DNA from: Lama guanicoe
Lineage: Eukaryota
DNA length: 64,000 bases
Assembly: GCA_013239625.1 (NCBI GenBank)
Contig: MU053379.1
Span: 922,974 to 986,973, forward strand
Direction of reading: 5' to 3'
Made by a program: the position numbers and the translations under genes
The notes under the pieces: generated by a model
Told to the model about the DNA's origin: nothing
What the model saw: the letters and a program-made list of their open reading frames with translations, nothing else
Databases searched by the model: none
Shown: piece after piece, positions 1 through 12,030 of the stretch
Position numbering within the stretch: the stretch's first letter is position 1
How the letters are laid out: every line of letters starts with the position of its first letter

Positions 1-339
1 GTTTACTCCGGGAACCTCAGAAATGACAATTGGTTTGTGGCCTTTTTGTATCTTATTGTGCATAATTGCCCCAGCTGCACATGCGTGCAGGTATTTTTAG
101 TCCCTTATAGTTTCTTTGTATTCTGTTGCTCAAGGAGACATTCGTTTGGGTGCAGGTGCAAGCACTCCGGTAGAGGTAGAGGGCCCCAGGTCCCAGTCCG
201 TCTCCCTGTGCTGGGTCCCCTCCAGGCAAGAGAGTGAAGTAAGGAGAGCTAGGAGGGGGCCGGGCCAGAGCCCCTGATCCTGCATCTTAGAGGGCCCTCC
301 AAGGGCCCCCTGAGGTTCCTAGGCAAGCGAGTAACACAG

Positions 340-377
340 ACACACACACACACACACACACGCACGCACGCGCGCGC
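340..377. repeat. (CA)n/(CG)n alternating purine-pyrimidine microsatellite
   Basis: acacacacacacacacacacacgcacgcacgcgcgcgc. Confidence 0.95.
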
Positions 378-609
378 TGAATGCCCCAGGCAGAGGTGTG
401 AGAGTCGTCCTCAGACGCTTCCCCTGTGGTGTCTCTGAAGGAGACACAGAGCCTGAACCCAGTCTGCCTCCAGGAAGGGACGGGGGAGGGAGAGACTCTT
501 AGGTATGAATTCTTTTATACCTTCTGGCTTTTGTTTCAAGTGAGTACCTCAGCTATTCAAAAATAAAATAAAAATTAAGATCGATCCTGTCAAAATAAAA
601 ACGAGTTAA

Positions 610-1240
610 CCCAAATCTCTTCAATGAGGAGCAACCAGTCAAGTCCAAATTGAGGAGAATTCTACCCAACGAACAACCTGAGCCCTTTCAAATATCAGTT
701 TCTCGGAAGGCAAGACAGGTGAGAGAAGGTTCCAGGTGACAGGAGACCGAGGAGCCCTGCAGCGGGGGAGGTGATGGGGCAGGGCTGGGTGCAGGCGGAA
801 AGGCTGTGGTTAGGGTAACTGGTGGAATTTGAATACGGGCCGCAGAGGCTAGATGTGTCTCTGTGTAAAATCCATCGGGTGCGAGAATGATTTTGTTCTC
901 GTGAAGGAGAATGTTAACGATCGTAGAATATATGCAGAAATAAATATCTGAGCAAAATGTCAGGGTGTCTGTAACTTACTCTCAAGGAGTTCTGCAAAAA
1001 AAAAGAAAAAGAAAAAGAAGAAAGAAAGGACACAGAAGAAAAGAAGGAAGGAAATATTACTGACCTTTTTTTTTTGGACCAATGTATATGATTCTAGAGA
1101 GACGGGAAGCTAATGTGGCTAACTGTTCATTGTTGGTGAATTTAATTGTTATTATTCTTGCAGTTTTGTATGGTTCAAAATTGTTCAAGTGAGAAGTCAG
1201 GGAAAAATTAAGATTAAAATAAAAATACTTTTTAAACAAT
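610..1240 (+). mobile_element. Old L1 (L1MC-like) 3' UTR fragment
   Basis: Degenerate motifs resembling the L1MC 3' end (caagtccaaattgaggagaattcta...; tattcttgcagttttgta...), with an A-rich interruption; recalled consensus. Confidence 0.55.
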
Positions 1241-2059
1241 TGCTTATGAAAGGAAAAAAGAATGAGTGTTGGGAGCTTTTCATATTTTAGTCAAAAACAA
1301 ATCTCTCCACTTGACCCTGGCGGCCCGCTGAACTACCGCCACCTCCGGGCGGCATAACCAGTTAAAATGCTAATGCTTTCAAGTGCCCTTTAAAAAACAC
1401 TCACTCTGACTGCACAGAATGGGTGAAGCAGCTCACTGTGAAGGGGCTGAGGGGGCCACACGGTCAGAGAATTCTCAGTTCTTTTCAAGCATGTAAACAT
1501 TTCCAACAGTGTAATGACCTGACCTTTTTCACATGCCAAGCCAAAGTCATTTTTCTTTGCATAAGCACAGATTTAGAAAAAGGAAACAATTATGCAGGTG
1601 GCCTTTACAGAGGGAGTGTGATCCTGGGAATTCCCGGTCCTGCGACAGCAGGAGGGGGCAGGGTGACGGCTGATGACTTGGGTGGGATGGACCCAGTGAT
1701 GCCCTCCCCTCACGTGAGGTCAGTTTCACCACAATCCAGAGTGTGGACCGGCCACTGTGTTGCCCTTACTATAAAACTGGAGATAATGAGAACTAAAACT
1801 CATTACCATCCATGGTTGGCCATCAGTGAGTCCACCCTGATGGGTCTCCCAAGAGGAGAATTTTGATAGTGCCAGTGAGAACCCAGGGAGGGGGCTCTTG
1901 TTGTCTGGGCAGTGCCTGCAGTGGGGAACCCAGGGATGTGATGAGATGTGGAGAACTGGGGGTGCCGGGGACAAGGCTCTTGAGCTTGACCCCTCTCAGG
2001 GCTGCCTGGAGCAGCTGTGAGGCTGGGAGGTGAGCAGCTTTCTGATGACAGCACCCAAG

Positions 2060-2215
2060 GCAGTTCAGAGTTCAGGCTCTGGAGTCAGAGCTGGGTTCAA
2101 ATCCTGATCTTGCCATCGACAAGTGGCATAATTTCCCCAAGCCTCATCATCTTCATCTCTAAAACGAATAGGTGAGTGTCCACCTAGAAGTGTGCTCTGA
2201 AGATGAAGCGAGGTG
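2060..2215 (+). mobile_element. MIR SINE
   Basis: ggctctggagtcagagctgggttcaaatcctgatcttgcc...cctcatcatcttcatctctaaaac matches the MIR core. Confidence 0.8.
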
Positions 2216-2720
2216 AAGCCGCTAAGCCACCGGTGGAGACGAACACAAAGTGGACTTCAGGGTGGGAGCTCAGGCTGGGTCCACGGGGACCAGACCAGGG
2301 CCGCGCCGGGAGCAGAGAGAGATGGAAGCAACTGCAGCCCGGGGCTCCTCCAGCGGCTGCAGAGAGGGGTGCAGGAGCGAGAGGAAGGGGGACTTGGTGA
2401 CCCCATGGGGAGGGGCAGAGAAGGTGGGGCCGAGAAGCCGCTCCCCCAAGGAGAGAAGCCTCCTTAACTGCTGGGCTTCTGCTGCCCGGAGTGGAATCTG
2501 CAAGTTTGGATCCTGGACTGAACTGCTCAAGAAAATGGAGCTGAGACTAAGGCGGCAGCAGCAGCCCGCCTCCCCTCAGCCTCCCTGCAAAACATGTGCC
2601 AAAGCAAGGAGTTTCGTAAGAGGGATCCTTCAAAAGGTCTCAATTCTGGGACCACTGGGTGGTCATCTGGGGAAAAGAAAACTGGCTCCCTACCTTACTC
2701 CTCACCCCGAAATAGACATA

Positions 2721-3612
2721 TGAAACATGCTTAGCATCACTCATCATCAGGGAAATGCAAATCAAAGCCACAGTGAGATATCACCTCACACCTGTCAAAA
2801 AAGCTACCATCAAAAAGACCACAAATAACATGCTGGCGACGATGTGGAGGAAAGGGCACCCCCATGCACTGATGGTGGGAATGTAAATTAATGCAGCCGC
2901 TTTGGAAAACAGTATGGAGTTTCCTAAAAAAATTAAAAATAGAACTACCATAATATCCAGCAATTCCACTCTTGGGTATTTACCTGAAGAAAAAATGCTA
3001 ATTTGAAATATTATTTGATTTGAAATACTTGATATATGTACCCTATGTTCATTGCAGCATTATTTACAATAGCAAAAAAGTGGAAGCAACCTAACTGTCC
3101 AGCAACAAATGACTGGATAAAGAAGATGTGGTATATATGTGTGTGTAACACATATATATATATAATGAAATATTATTCGGCCATTAAAAAGAATGAAATC
3201 CTGCCATTTGTGACAACATGGATGGACCTGGTGGGTAGTATGCTAAGTGAAATAAGTCAGACAGAGAAAGACAAATACTGTGTGATTTTACTTAAATGTG
3301 GAATCTGAAAAGCAAACAAACAAAACAAAACAGAAACAGACTCGTAAACATGGAGAACAAACTGGTGGTCATGGGGCGGGGGTGAAGTAGGTAAAGGGGA
3401 TTAAGAGGTACAAACTTCCAGTTATAAATAAATAATTCACAGGGATATAATATACAGCTTAGAGAATATAGTAAATAATACTAATTCTGTATGGTGACAG
3501 GTGGTTACTAGAATTATTATTGTGATCATTTCACAATATATTTCATTGTCAAATTGCTATGTTGTACACCCAACGCTAACATAATATTGTACATCAAATA
3601 TACTTCAATAAA
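2721..3612 (+). mobile_element. 5'-truncated L1 (ORF2 C-terminus and 3' UTR) inserted into an older L1
   Basis: ORF 3036-3308 (PMFIAALFTIAKKWKQPNCP...W IKKMWY...YYSAIKKNEILPF) is typical L1 ORF2 C-terminus; ends in cttcaataaa. Confidence 0.92.
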
Positions 3613-4490
3613 CAAATTCCAGATGGATCAGAAATTTAAACATTAAAATGGAATATTTTATAAGCATGAGAAAAAATAGAATAATTTTTAAAAATAATCT
3701 CAGAGTGGGAAAGAGTTTTCTTAGCATAACACAAAACCCAGAAGGCATTTTTTTAAGTAAAAAATTTAATTACATAAAAAATTTCAAATGTCAAATAAGT
3801 CAAAAGACAAACGACAAAGTACAAAAAGTATTTACAACATGTGTGTTTTGCAAGGTCAATTTCCTTAATATATAAAGCACGTGTAGATATCAATAAGAAA
3901 AAGACTAACAACCCAATTTTAAAAAGATGGAAAAGGATGGAGCCGAGCTCATAGAAATGGATATAAATGGCTTTTAAACACATGAAAAGATGCTTAACAA
4001 CACTTGTAATAAAAGAAGCAAGAATTATAGTGACTATTGCATAGCAATTACATTTAGCTCCTGGACTGGCAAATATCACAAAGTTGGATAGCCCTGCATG
4101 TGGCTGAGGGCATGGAGAATAGACACTCTCAAACACTGTTGAAGGGAGGTAAAAAATCAGTACAATTGCTCTAGAGGGCATTTTGACAATATTTATAAAA
4201 ATTAAAAACGCTCATCTCTTTTGGCCAAACAATACCACTGCCAAGATTCATCCTACAGACACACAGGCACTTATGGCAGGCAGCCTAGTTACGGAGATAA
4301 AGATGCTCAGTGCAGCTTAGTGAGACAGCAAGACTAGGGGCAACCCAAACACCTGGCAATAAAGAACTGGTTAAATAAATCTGCGATCCTACACGGGATA
4401 CGAAGCAGCCATTTTTTTTTTTTTTAATGAAGAAGCGCTTTCTGTACTGATATGAAATTATCTCCAAAACATATTAAATGAATTTATATG
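3613..4490 (+). mobile_element. Old L1 (L1ME/MD-like) fragment, continuing host sequence from about 2650-2720
   Basis: aaattccagatggatcagaaatttaaac; catgaaaagatgcttaac; degenerate L1 ORF2 3' sequence. Confidence 0.75.
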
Positions 4491-5069
4491 CAGTCATCCT
4501 TCCCGGTGTCCACAGCTGGACTGGGACTCACCCCCACCCCCGGCATACACCAAACTCTGTGATGCTCAAGTCCCTCATATAAAACGGTGTAGTGTTTGCA
4601 TATATACTACCCACGTCCTCCCGCATACATTAAATCATCTCTAAATTGCTGATAATACTTAATACAATGTTGGCCTGCACAGCAAATTCAAGTTTTGAAC
4701 AGCAAGACTAGGGGCAACCCAAACACCTGGCAATAAAGAACTGGTTAAATAAATCTGCGATCCTACACGGGATACGAAGCAGCCATTTTTTTTTTTTAAT
4801 GAAGAAGCGCTTTCTGTACTGATATGAAATTATCTCCAAAACATATTAAATGAATTTATATGCAGTCATCCTTCCCGGTGTCCACAGCTGGACTGGGACT
4901 CACCCCCACCCCCGGCATACACCAAACTCTGTGATGCTCAAGTCCCTCATATAAAACGGTGTAGTGTTTGCATATATACTACCCACGTCCTCCCGCATAC
5001 ATTAAATCATCTCTAAATTGCTGATAATACTTAATACAATGTTGGCCTGCACAGCAAATTCAAGTTTTG
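4325..5069. repeat. Near-perfect tandem duplication (4325-4697 and 4699-5069)
   Basis: Both copies run acagcaagactaggggc...cacagcaaattcaagttttg; the only difference I see is T14 vs T12; one extra A at the junction. Confidence 0.97.
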
Positions 5070-5168
5070 CCTTTTGGAACTTTCTGGAATTCTTTTTTTG
5101 AAATATATTTGATCTGCAACTGGTTGAATCCATAAATATGGAACCTGTGGATATGGAGGGCCAACTCT
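4491..5168 (+). mobile_element. MER2-type (TcMar-Tigger) non-autonomous DNA transposon; 5' part duplicated
   Basis: cagtcatcctt...gatgctcaagtccctcatataaaacggtgtagtgtttgcata...ggttgaatcc...ggatatggagggccaactctg matches MER2. Confidence 0.85.
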
Positions 5169-5899
5169 GTGTGTGCATGCATGTACGTGCACGTGCCTTG
5201 CCTTAATATATACATTTATTTATATACACACACACACACATATACATATCTTGCATAAAAGATATACATAAGCTTGCAGAGAATATTTCTGGAAGATGCA
5301 GTGCTTTCCTCTGGAGAGGGGAAGGGGTAGAGAGATGAAAGCCACTTAGGTTTCACACGTGATTACATCAACATGCAGATGTATTACCTATTTTGAAAAA
5401 TAAGATATTTTTAAAGCCTTGGCACTTGGCGAGATCAGCCATGTCTTCCTTGTGGATGAGTTCAGTCTCTCAAGTCAGAAACCAGACTCCAAGGTGATGC
5501 AGGCTTGGAGACAGGGAGCCTCGAGGAGTGTGAGGACCCACTGGGGGGCCCAGGGCATCATGGCAGCTCCAGGGTGGAACCAGCCAGAGATTTGGGGGTG
5601 TGGGGAGAGGGGCGCTGGGCTATCCTGAGCCAGGAGCCAGTAACTTCCAGGAGAAGACTGAAGGAAATTGGGGCCTTCCTCATGAGAGGAGGCAGGGCGG
5701 GAACACCCACAGCAGGGCTCAGGCTAGGGTGGGGTGAGGGTGTGGAGAGCCCCCTCCCAGACTAGGACCTTGGCCCTGCAGCCTCTGAGAAACACTGAGG
5801 TCCTGCAAGGCTGGAAGCAGGCACCCCACCCCCACTGCCATCCCCAGCCGCCACATCTCCATCAGGAACTTGGCCTGTGTTTGCCGGCCTCCACGCCCG

Positions 5900-6125
5900 G
5901 CGGGGCTGAGTCAGGGAATTCCAAGCAGCAGGCAGCTCCTCCACGAGGCCCACCACGCCGACTTTCCACCAGCCGTGTGGTCAAGTTGGACTCAGAAGCC
6001 TGCACTGGTAACCTCGCCCGTTTCTCTGTGCTGGGTTTTCCCCTCTCTGTCGCAGCTAAGTGCTCCTTTTGGAAATTTTCAGCCCTTTTATGGCATAGTT
6101 AAGGAGAAAGGAATTTTTCCAGAAC
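5900..6125. promoter_or_regulatory. Candidate inducible enhancer: AP-1 site plus cluster of NF-kB-like sites
   Basis: TGAGTCA 5907-5913 abutting GGGAATTCC 5914-5922; GACTTTCC 5960-5967; GGGTTTTCCC 6033-6042; GGAAATTTTC 6071-6080; GGAATTTTTCC 6110-6120. Confidence 0.5.
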
Positions 6126-7829
6126 TCAGTCAAAGATGTTGGCTTGGCTAGGGTGAGAGGAGTCGGGGATTTGGAGGAGGAAAGCAAGGGGGCTGCTGCG
6201 GCTGGGGTGTGGGGTGGGACGTGGTGAGACCCCAGGACCAGGCTCCTCCTGACCTGGGCCACCCTTCCCAGAGCCACTGGCCCTGAGCCTTGTTTGCCTA
6301 CAAAAGACTACCGCTTTCTAGTCTTTGATCATCCTAAATCTCTCATTATCTCCCAAGTCTGCTCCCGCGGCACAGTCAACATACAACGTAAGTGCAAAGC
6401 ATCCCCCGTCTGCTTGGGCCCTGGTGTCCCCCTCCTCCTCCCCACAGCTTGTCCTAACCTCTCTCCGGCTATACTGGAGAGCAAAATTATTGGGGAAAAG
6501 AACTCTTGGGGATTCACCCCAGCTAAATGGGTTGAGGGCAACTCGGAAGAGACCAGGCAAATTCCACAGAGACTGCTGCCCCCCTGCCCCCACCCCAGCA
6601 CTCCCAGGGCTTCTTGTCACCCGGCGGTCTTCAGAGCCTGGTCCAGTCTTCACTCAGACCCCTCATCCCAGACTTCTACCCGGCATCTGCTTTCTCCACG
6701 CTGTCTTCTTCCTCCCATCGCTTGTTGATTTCCTGCCAAACCATTTCCCTCCTGACTCCAAACTTCTGTCGGGAAAGAAATGAAATCAGCACTTGGAGAG
6801 CTGGAAGGGGAAAAACAGCTGCTAGTAACAAAACTGCACTGGGGGAGGGGCCGCTGGGCAGCTGGATCGCGGCGGAAAAGGTAGAGTCTGATGAGGGCAC
6901 AGAGCTTATAGCAGGAGGGGCAAACGCAGATGCCCCACGGGCACCATGATGGAGGCTTCTTAATGGCGTCTTGGGCTGTGTTCTTCAGACACGAACACAT
7001 CTTGTATCCACATTAACCATCCTTGGGCCATGCATTTCCCTCCACTTTAGAGATGCGAGTACAGTATCTTTCCTCTTCACTTTTCCTATTAAGAAAAATT
7101 ATAGTGCATGTGTTTGGGGCACAATAGAGAGTGGTGGGGACTGTGGTATCAGGGCCACCAGGTGAAACTGCTCAGGATGAGCAGATTCTGTGGCATCCAC
7201 CAACTATGGCCATAGGGCCGTAACAAATCTGATCTGGATATCTGTGTAAAAATCGCCTGAGATTTAAATGTTGACAACTAATCCCGAAGTAACAAGAAAA
7301 CATAGTAAATAGAAAACAGCAGAGGAGATAAAATCAATCAATTTAACTGGCAGTAATCACAATATATTTAAATAGGTTAATTTCCAATATTAAAATGCAG
7401 GTGTTCAGGACTTAATTGTCCACTGTCCGGGCTCCTGAAGAAGACACACTACTCTTACCCAAAAGACCTTTACAGTTTTGCTGTTTAAGGCACTGACAGG
7501 TCAGCACAGTGTGGGCTAAACACAGCGCATCTGAGGGCTGGGCCTGCAGGTCAGAGCTGAAGACCTCTGGTGTAAGGGTAAGAGTGTGGACCCTCCTCTG
7601 TCTGCAGTGGGCAACGTCAGAGCTCCACCCATCCCTCAGGTCCCCTTCCACCATCGTGTGCCCCAGACTCCTTCCAGCTCTGAAGTGCTTTTGCGTTCCC
7701 AAAAGTGCACCTGTGGCTCTTTTGGGAGGGCCGCCTCGAGCTGCTGGAGCTCCTTGCTGGGAGGCAGTACGCCCAAGGCACCTAGAACTTCCATGTTTCT
7801 CCCCACGTGTCCCACACCTGCCATCCTTG

Positions 7830-8106
7830 GAGAAGGACTAATGAGAACCAGTATATGGAAGTCCAGCCCTCCTGCCTTGAGTCAAGATAACCCTGAGTAC
7901 CCTCACACTCCAGAGCTCCCGAGAACCGGGCTGAAGCCACCCTCTGCGGGACTTTGTCTGAGATCGTCCCTGGCTTGGCCCCTCGCCCCGACTCCTGACC
8001 CACTGCCTTCACTCTCTTCAGCTTCTCCTGGGAGAACTCCCTTAATAAATCACAGGCACATGAGTCCTTGTCCCAGGATCCATTCTGGAGGACCCTTCCT
8101 TAGACA
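7830..8106 (+). mobile_element. ERVL LTR (LTR16-like) 3' part
   Basis: ctcctgggagaactcccttaataaatcacaggcacatgagtccttgtcccaggatc...ttagaca resembles the LTR16 3' end. Confidence 0.7.
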
Positions 8107-8330
8107 CAGCCAAGCCAATGGACAACAACTTCTGCAGTGGAAGGAATAACTTTGCCAAGAGCTGATACAAGAGTTTGAGAGCCTCAGAGGACGTGGCTGT
8201 GAAAGTACATTGCCTTGTCACAGACTACACTTAGGATGCTTGGGGCTCCTACAACCCCTCTGCTCTCCCATCCCTCCCCCCTTCATTTGCATATCACCCT
8301 TCCTTTGGCCTTGAGGTTGCTCCCAAACAT

Positions 8331-8358
8331 CACCACCACCACCACCACCACCACCACC
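8331..8358. repeat. (CAC)n trinucleotide microsatellite
   Basis: about nine CAC units. Confidence 0.95.
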
Positions 8359-8899
8359 TGGCAGCCATGCAAACTGTGTGCCTGACCCCGCCCTGGACCC
8401 AGGTGGGCCTTGACTGGTATAAGACAATTTCAGGAAGTCCTAGCCCCCTTGCATAGTGGCTGGTACATATAACCCACACTGAAGTCATTTAGCAAAAGAA
8501 TTCCCAGGAATGCCGCAGGTAGTGATCCTGTTATCTTGAAGAGGGAAATTCTGGAACACAGATGCAAGCTAGAGAGTGCAGGCCTGCAACATGAGGGAAG
8601 CCAGCTAAGAATAAAATTGACCTACAGAAGCAAGCAGATGAGAAAATTGAAGGGAAAGGATGTCAGAGCCCAAATCTGGTTTCTGTTGCTTGCCACCAAA
8701 AGCACCTGGCATTTCCCAGGAAGTGAGGGAAGCCAGTAAAGAGCATTTTACAGAGCCAGTTACTGCTGTGGGCAAACGGGCCACTCAGGATAGAGATGAC
8801 CAACAGATGAGGACCACGTGCTTCAGAGTTATCCCAACGGAGAGGAAGCTGGGGTATTTCCCCATCAGCTCCTGCCAGCCAGAGAAGCACTGCTCCGGT

Positions 8900-9056
8900 T
8901 CACTGGCTCTCAAACTAGAATCATCTGAGGAGTTGTTTTTTAAATCATGATGCCTAGGTCCCACCCCTGGAGATCCTGAGTTGATAAGCCCAGGCGCTGA
9001 GACCAGTAAAAGCTCCCTAGGGGATCTGTGTGCACAGTATAGTTTGGGAAGCCCCA
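8900..9056. mobile_element. MER5-type hAT-Charlie MITE
   Basis: ctctcaaactagaatcatctgaggag...cccacccctggagatcctgagtt...aaagctccctaggggatct...agtttgggaagccc. Confidence 0.65.
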
Positions 9057-9585
9057 GTCTCACTGATTTCTCCAATCCCTTTGAGCCTCCAAGTTCAGGG
9101 CCTCCCTGGACAAGGTCAGCTAAGGATGGAAACCCTGAGAAAGCTGCCAATGCAGCTGGAGATAAATCACCCATTGGCTGGGGCTGCAGCTGGTGGAGGC
9201 TTGAGAAATGAGGTTTTTGGCCTTAACGCCGCTGTTCGTGCTCCCGTGACCATAACGGAGCCCGATCCGCAGACTTTTTTTTTTAGAAGGAGAAAAAAAA
9301 TGTCAAGCATATTTTCCGAGGTTTAATTTCCTCCCAATGTCCTGAAGAAACCTTCCTAAAAGCTTGTGCTACCTCAACCCGAGTCTCTGCTAATAACATC
9401 AGACTTTGAAACTGAGACCCAGTGTGACGTTGCTAAAGTAAATAAAACCCAGGGGAGGAGGGAAATTAAAAAGAGCTGGGGTCTAGGAGAAGCTGAACCT
9501 CCACCAAGAAGGTGAAAAAGAGAGGCGGGGTGGGGGAGGGGGGAAGAATTCTGAGGGTTTAGAATTCTGGAAAAGGGAAATACAC

Positions 9586-9812
9586 TAGGGTTGCCAGATT
9601 CAGCAAATAAAAACCTTGGATGCCTAGCTCACTTTGAATTTCAGATGAGCAGTGAATAGTTTTTTTTTTTAGTGTATAAGTGTGTCCCACGCAATATTGG
9701 GGCATATTTATATTAAATATTGCATGGGATAAATTTGTATTAAAAATATTATTCATTGCCTACCGGAAATTCAAATTTAACTAGGCATCCTGGACTTTAT
9801 CTGGCAACCCTA
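9586..9812. mobile_element. MER53-type hAT MITE, palindromic
   Basis: Terminal inverted repeats tagggttgccaga...tctggcaacccta; degenerate 8-bp TSD aaatacac/aaacatac. Confidence 0.9.
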
Positions 9813-10199
9813 AAACATACAGACAAATAGATCTTAACTGGTTAGCACATCATTAACTAGGTGCCTGAGTTAAACTGAGTGTCTCTGTGCTTGCCTGGAA
9901 GTCTCTGGGCTCACCTGGCACATGCAGGTGTCTCTGGCCTCCTATTTGCAGGCGGAGCGCAAATGCTAGAAGACGTGGAAGTAGATGAAAAGGGGAGGAG
10001 AGAAGGAAGAAGGAGATCCAGCTGGGAGGGCGAGGGGCCAGCATCCTCCCCACGCCCCATTCTCACCCCACTTCGTGCTACTCAGGCTGGAAAAGAGCTC
10101 CTCCAGACCCCAGCCCGGGGAGACAATGTGCCTTTCCCTCTGTAAGCCAAGGATGGGAAGGGAAGGTCTGCAGAAACCAGGGAGCTGCTGCGCCCCAGC

Positions 10200-10950
10200 C
10201 CTGCAGCGATGGGAAGGGGGACTGAGGGCTTAACCGCACCCCCACCCCCGCCCGCCCCCACACTCAGGGCCACCCCGTCCCCGTCTCCCCGCCTCCCTGC
10301 GCCCTTCATCTTTCTCCCAGGGCTGCCTCCCTCCAGCCTCCTCTCTCCCCACCTCGCGTCCCTCCAAATAAGGACGCCGGAGGCAGAGGAGCGGTCAGGC
10401 GAGGACGGCCTGGAGCTGCTCCCCTCCGCGGCCGAAGCGCTGCCCGCGCGGCCGGGAGGGAGCCGGGGCGCCCCCTGCACCCCGCCGGCCCGGCTCGCGG
10501 GCGGCGGCCAGCGCCACGTGGAGGTGAGACGCCGCCTGCGGGGCCGCCGGGCGGTGGGGCCAGCCCTGCGCTGCGGGCGCCCGGGGCCGGGGGAGGGGCG
10601 GGGGTGGTGGCGGCTGACGTGGCAGCGCCAGGACGCGCCACATCCTCGGGCCCAGGCTTCGCTCCAGGAGCCGACCCAAAGAAAATAATCCGGACGTTGA
10701 AGGAGATGGGTCCGGAAGTAGTCACCGCCGCTTAAGGGAAATGGTTTAATAAATCTTGGCACCTCAGCACAGTGGAGGGTTATTTTCTCCCTTCTGGCGT
10801 TCCTTAAGGCCGCCAGCGACTAGGTACACAAAAGTGGGAATAAGCCGGCGCTTTCCCCTGGGGGGCGGTTCACAAGCAAAATGACGGCCATTAAGGGCAC
10901 AGACTCCGGAGCCAGGTAGCCGCGGGTCTGAACGCGGGTCTGCCTCCTCA
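10200..10950. promoter_or_regulatory. CpG island, promoter-like
   Basis: Very high GC and CpG density; GC boxes at about 10589-10605, CACGTG E-box at about 10515, GCTGACGTGGC 10613-10623, CCGGAAGT ETS site 10712-10719. Confidence 0.85.
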
Positions 10951-11049
10951 TCTGTGAGAGGGGACCCCAGGGGGAAGGGGTGAGGGTTCAGGAGGTGATG
11001 CCCATCAGGCACTCGGCACGTAGGTACAGCTCCCGACAGTTACCACCTA

Positions 11050-11400
11050 TCGTTCTTGCTGTTACGATAGGAATGTGATGTGCAAACTAGGATGCAGGCA
11101 CAGAGGAGCATGGGCAAAGTGCCACACCGCAAGGGCATAGAAGCGGCTCGGAGTACCCAGGAGAGGGCTGCTAAGCGCCACAAGAGAGGAATGAACAAGC
11201 TCTGAGCACAGAGAATGATGCTTTTAATCCTGCCTGGGGATGTCACCAGAGGCCCCCGTGGGTGATGGCTCAGCTGGGACTTGAAGTTTGTATAGAAGTT
11301 GCTGATGGATAAGAAATGAAAAGGCATTTCAGGCAGAAGCAAATATGCGGGCCAAGAGGAGGAGAGAAGGGGCAAGGTGAATTCTAAGAACAACTTCTAA
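11050..11400 (-). mobile_element. L2 LINE fragment
   Basis: gatggctcagctgggacttgaag...aaggcatttcaggcagaag typical of antisense L2. Confidence 0.55.
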
Positions 11401-11814
11401 GTGTCTTGTGGAGAAGCAGATTCGTGTCCAGAGTTACAGCTCTTCACTATGTGCCTCTGTCCTTAGCTGTATGTGTGCCAAGCTAGCCCTCCCTCTGTGA
11501 CCACTTAGACCTTGGCTCTGCACACTCAAGACCCCACCAGGCACAGCCTCTATCAGGGCAAAGTCCACAACCTTTCAGTGACCACCTCAACCCTCTCAAG
11601 ATGCTCTGAGGCCAGCATCAAAAGGGAAGGCTCTGGGTCTTTATCTTTTTCTTCCCACAGTGGTTCTCCACCCCTATGCAAATCTGCTCACCCTTTCCCA
11701 GCAAACTTTGAGCTTTTCACATCAAGGAGTAGGGGCAAGCCACTTTTATGTCCACTGACTCAAATCCAAGTGAAAAGACCCCCAAGTTCTTGAAAGAAGG
11801 GACAGTGGTGAGAA

Positions 11815-12030
11815 TATTAATCATAATAGTTAACAAACATGGTAACTTCCTCTCCACCGAGCACGTCACCGACACTTCTCTATCAATCACTGGTCTTATC
11901 CCCTGGTTTTAGATGGTGCTGCCGAGTTGAAGTGATCTGCTCAAGGCCACCCAGCTAGTGATGGTGAATCTGAGGTTCAAACCCCGGGCTGCCTTACCCC
12001 CGAATCCATCCCCTTACCCCTAGGCCATGC
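11815..12030 (-). mobile_element. MIR SINE
   Basis: tatcccctggttttagatgg...ttgaagtgatctgctcaaggccacccagctagtg. Confidence 0.7.

Noticed and set aside
10082..10762. 226-aa and overlapping ORFs as protein-coding genes (likewise 37160-37837 and 38216-38848)
   Set aside because: Open in several frames on both strands, Pro/Arg/Gly/Ala-rich and without recognisable domains; expected from stop-codon scarcity in GC-rich DNA
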